DNA from: a virus
Lineage: Duplodnaviria; Caudoviricetes
DNA: 64,000 nucleotides
IMG/VR virus record: IMGVR_UViG_3300033075_001877
Coordinates: 6,842-70,841 of that record
Strand: one strand, 5' to 3'
This document shows, piece by piece, positions 61,437-64,000 of this stretch. Each line of letters opens with the position of its first letter. The stretch's first letter is position 1. The notes beneath the pieces were generated by a model. The model made no database searches and had not been told where the DNA came from. It was given only the letters and a program-made list of their open reading frames with translations. Made by a program: the position numbers and the translations under genes.

Positions 61437-61790
61437 TCAGGCGGCGTTGGCCGCGTCGTATGCCGCGAGCACGTGCGCCGGGATGCGCCCGCGGTTGGAC
61501 ACCTGGTAGCCGTTGTGGCGTGCCCACTCCCGCAGGCCGGCGCTCGTCGCCGCCCGGGGGGCGGAGAGCCCGCGAGCGACGCGCTGCGCCTTGGCCCGCA
61601 TGTTCAGCGGCACGCCGGCCGTCAGGTAGGGCTCGACGGCCTTGCGGAGCTTGGCGGCGTGCTCTTCGCACAGGTCGAGCCGCGAGCCGCGATCGCCCGC
61701 CACGAGCTCGAGCGTGGCCAGCTTCTGCCCGCTGGCGGTCTCTTCGCCGCACAGGTCGCAGTAGTGGACCACGAGGTGCTTGGTTGCCAT
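61437..61790 (-). CDS. lsr2: Lsr2-family nucleoid-associated protein
   Basis: N-terminal dimerisation pattern 'LDLCEEHAAKLRKAVEPYL' and C-terminal 'LREWARHNGYQVSNRGRIPAHVLAAY'. Confidence 0.92.
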   Translation of the reverse strand: MATKHLVVHYCDLCGEETASGQKLATLELVAGDRGSRLDLCEEHAAKLRKAVEPYLTAGVPLNMRAKAQRVARGLSAPRAATSAGLREWARHNGYQVSNRGRIPAHVLAAYDAANAA

Positions 61791-61792
61791 GG

Positions 61793-62524
61793 TCAGCCCT
61801 CCTCGGTCGTCTTGGCGGCGGCGCGGGCGTCGCGCTCGCGCTTGTTGCGGTCCTCGCGCCGGCGCTCGTGCACCTGGAGCTGCTCGCGCGCCTCGCGGAG
61901 GAGGTCCCGCTGCTCCTGGAGCGCAGCAAGGGCACGCTCGCGCTCGGCCCGCGTCTCGTCGAGGAGGAGTCCGCGGCTCTCGACCAGTCGGAGGTACTCG
62001 TCGCGCTGGTCGCGGGTGCGGTTGAGCACCTGTCGGACGTCGCGTTCGCGCGTCAGCGCCATCTCGACCTCGAGCCGAAGTTCGCCGATCAGGTCGTCGT
62101 TGCTCATCGCGAGGAGTGGGACCACGTGCTCGACGGTGCGCTGGTCGCTCAGCAGGATGATCTGGGCGATCACGTTCGCCCGGAGCGACTCGTACTCGAG
62201 GCGCGGCCCGGGCTCCCAGTTGGCCTCCACGGTCTCGCCAGGCATGAACGTCGAGGCGAACTCCGCTTCGTTGCGCTGGCGCAGGATGGCGGCGGCGAAG
62301 ACGGCCAGGGTGGCGATCGTGGTCTCGGGGACTGCCGGCACGCTCGTGATGGGCAGCGGCGCGATGCCGGCGGCAAGCTCGCAGAGCCGCAGGATTGGCG
62401 TGGCGGCGTCGATGTGCACGACGGGCACATCCCAGAAGTGCACGTCGCCGTTCTCGTCGGCCTTGGCCGTCACGAAACCGCCTCTGCGTTCCGCGACGGG
62501 CGCGACTTTCTTTCGCTTTCTCAA
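61793..62524 (-). CDS. hypothetical protein with long C-terminal coiled coil
   Basis: TTG start after GAGAGGA; Glu/Arg heptads. Confidence 0.6.
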   Translation of the reverse strand: MRKRKKVAPVAERRGGFVTAKADENGDVHFWDVPVVHIDAATPILRLCELAAGIAPLPITSVPAVPETTIATLAVFAAAILRQRNEAEFASTFMPGETVEANWEPGPRLEYESLRANVIAQIILLSDQRTVEHVVPLLAMSNDDLIGELRLEVEMALTRERDVRQVLNRTRDQRDEYLRLVESRGLLLDETRAERERALAALQEQRDLLREAREQLQVHERRREDRNKRERDARAAAKTTEEG

Positions 62525-62574
62525 GGTTGGTCCTCTCAATTCGTCAGGGTGAGACGAGGGTATTCGGTTGCGAC

Positions 62575-62655
62575 TCAGTACGCAAGAGAGTCGAGCAGTA
62601 CAGCAAGAATCATGCCGGCAGTAAATCCGATCATGAAGAGAGCCATCACGCGCAT
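62575..62655 (-). CDS. 26-aa hydrophobic peptide MRVMALFMIGFTAGMILAVLLDSLAY
   Basis: Below the ORF-track cutoff; ATG adjacent to the upstream stop with GGGGGA before it; single TM helix. Confidence 0.45.
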   Translation of the reverse strand: MRVMALFMIGFTAGMILAVLLDSLAY

Positions 62656-62856
62656 TCAGTCCCCCCTTTCGGCGACGTGGCGGAAGGGGCGACGGATCGT
62701 GTGCCCGGTGGCCGCCGTGGGCTGGCCGGGCGCGACGTCGTCGAGGCAGAACACGGTGGAAGGCTCCTCGTCGGGCGGTGCGTGGTACACCACGTCCTCG
62801 CCACATCGCCGGCACGCCGTGGTGCGCTCCTCAAGCCCGAGATCGACGGCGCTCAC
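62656..62856 (-). CDS. small Zn-ribbon protein
   Basis: 'TACRRCGE...FCLDD'. Confidence 0.5.
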   Translation of the reverse strand: MSAVDLGLEERTTACRRCGEDVVYHAPPDEEPSTVFCLDDVAPGQPTAATGHTIRRPFRHVAERGD

Positions 62857-63053
62857 AAGTGCCCCTGCACGAAGATCATCACGCCACGGCCGTAGACGCG
62901 GAGCATATCGGCCATGACCGATTCGAGTGAGCCCGCCTCAGATAGCGCGCAGCGGGCTCGGGCGCGCTGCAGTGCCTCGGGCTCCACCTCGATGATGAGG
63001 TACTCCTTCTGGGCCGGCGCCGCCGGCAATTCGGTCTTATCGGCTTCGTCCAT
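62853..63053 (-). CDS. small hypothetical, possibly RHH-like
   Basis: 'YLIIEVEPEALQRARARC...SLESVMADML'. Confidence 0.45.
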   Translation of the reverse strand: MDEADKTELPAAPAQKEYLIIEVEPEALQRARARCALSEAGSLESVMADMLRVYGRGVMIFVQGHL

Positions 63054-63056
63054 TGG

Positions 63057-63284
63057 TCACTTTCTGCTCGCGAGGCACCGGATGCACGGCACCCCGATCT
63101 TGCGCGCCCAGTCGAGGCGCAGGCGGATCATTCGATCCCGTATGTGGGTCGGGGCGACCCATTCGTAGATGACGAGGCCGCAGAGCGTGCGCACGTTGCC
63201 GTCGGCGCGCCGGGCTCCGCCTGGCAGGTGATACACCGGCACCGCCACCTCGCGAGCAACGTAGACGGGCGTCGCGGCGCTCAT
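63057..63284 (-). CDS. small Zn-binding hypothetical protein
   Basis: 'VYHL...TLCG...PCIRC'. Confidence 0.5.
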   Translation of the reverse strand: MSAATPVYVAREVAVPVYHLPGGARRADGNVRTLCGLVIYEWVAPTHIRDRMIRLRLDWARKIGVPCIRCLASRK

Positions 63285-63625
63285 GGGATGATCGTCAGGG
63301 TCGCGTTGGGCGAGAGCACGAGGACCCATGGCGCCGGCACGTCCTCGGTGTCGCGCACGAAGCGGGCGAGCTGCTCGACGGCCACGGTGAAGTCGCTCCC
63401 TCCGGTGAACTGACCCACGGCGCGGATGAGCAGCGCGGCGCGCTCGAACCGCGCGATGTGCCTCGCGTCGAAGCGGCGCTGCGTGCCCTGTCCCATGCCT
63501 TCGACGGGGCGCGGCTCGAACAGCTCCGGCTCGGTGCGGCACCAGTAGTCGATCTGGCGGTAGGTCAGCCCGGTGTGGTCGGCGAGCTCGTACGTGCTCA
63601 GCGTGCGGGCGGCGACGTCGTTCAT
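63281..63625 (-). CDS. MerR-type HTH DNA-binding protein
   Basis: 'LSTYELADHTGLTYRQIDYWCR...GQGTQRRF..HI'; GAGGAGG RBS. Confidence 0.85.
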   Translation of the reverse strand: MNDVAARTLSTYELADHTGLTYRQIDYWCRTEPELFEPRPVEGMGQGTQRRFDARHIARFERAALLIRAVGQFTGGSDFTVAVEQLARFVRDTEDVPAPWVLVLSPNATLTIIP

Positions 63626-64000
63626 GGCCCCTCCTCGTGGGCGAGCACCAGGTCGTCGAGGTTGACGACCCAGATCGTGAAGCCGGCCAGCACGCGCTCG
63701 GCGCGGTAGGCCAGCACATCGTCGCGCTGCTCGACGATGTGGAGAGCGAGCGGAACGACGAGCAGTGTCGGTGGGTTCACGGCGTCCACTCCCACACCCG
63801 CTGGCGGCCGCGCGCCGGGATCGGCGCACACCGGCCTTGGCCGTCGCACGCCGAGCACGCGACCCAGTCGCCCCAGCACGCGGGGCAGCGTTCGGTGGTC
63901 AGCGCGGCGTCGCCGAGGAGCCACGCCCACCGGCCCGGCGCGAAGTCGCCGAACGGGAGTTGGTCCGACACGTCGTCGGCGTTCGCCGGGTGATCGCCGC

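Noticed and set aside
1-64000. Many long ORFs in the track overlapping real genes (e.g. 6807-8762 -, 9295-10650 -, 26811-29108 +, 49207-51276 +, 50880-53123 +)
   Set aside because: Antisense or alternate-frame shadows typical of high-GC DNA: Arg/Ala/Pro-rich, no family motifs, and they overlap motif-bearing genes.
59271-64000. Integration/immunity module (integrase, attP, CI-like repressor)
   Set aside because: No tyrosine or serine recombinase motifs and no Cro/CI-type HTH with peptidase found. MerR-HTH and RHH genes alone do not establish lysogeny; the lifestyle cannot be determined from this window.

Overview
The window is a high-GC, actinobacterial-type tailed phage (siphovirus-like) genome segment. 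No integrase, DNA polymerase, tRNA, rRNA or CRISPR array could be recognised. Layout: (1) 38-19337 on + is an early/replication arm with ArdC, an SF1 helicase, an ERF annealing protein, a DNA methyltransferase, a lambda-O-like initiator with internal iterons, a loader-like gene, a DEDDh exonuclease, an HNH nuclease and many small unknown genes. (2) 55860 down to 19137 on - is the late region in an unusual order: portal, protease, two capsid-type genes, a six-gene glycosyltransferase/methyltransferase block, adaptor, fibre genes, tail tube, lysis genes, neck/terminator, frameshifted chaperone, tape measure, tail tip, WhiB, RusA and, last, the terminase genes. (3) 55901-64000 holds a split C5 DNA methyltransferase interrupted by a foreign RHH + two-methyltransferase cassette, plus RHH, lytic transglycosylase lipoprotein, Lsr2 and MerR-HTH genes. 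The most notable observations are: a self-contained 5-glycosyltransferase + SAM-methyltransferase module beside the capsid genes (probable virion glycosylation); methylases nested inside a methylase, with what may be a captured endonuclease tail; an exact 63-bp copy of that cassette at a gene-fusion junction 45 kb away; three copies of an AT-rich 17-bp palindrome; a branched RNA structure covering the major-capsid RBS; and a set of -10-only leaderless late promoters. All family calls are from motif recognition by eye; no searches were run.
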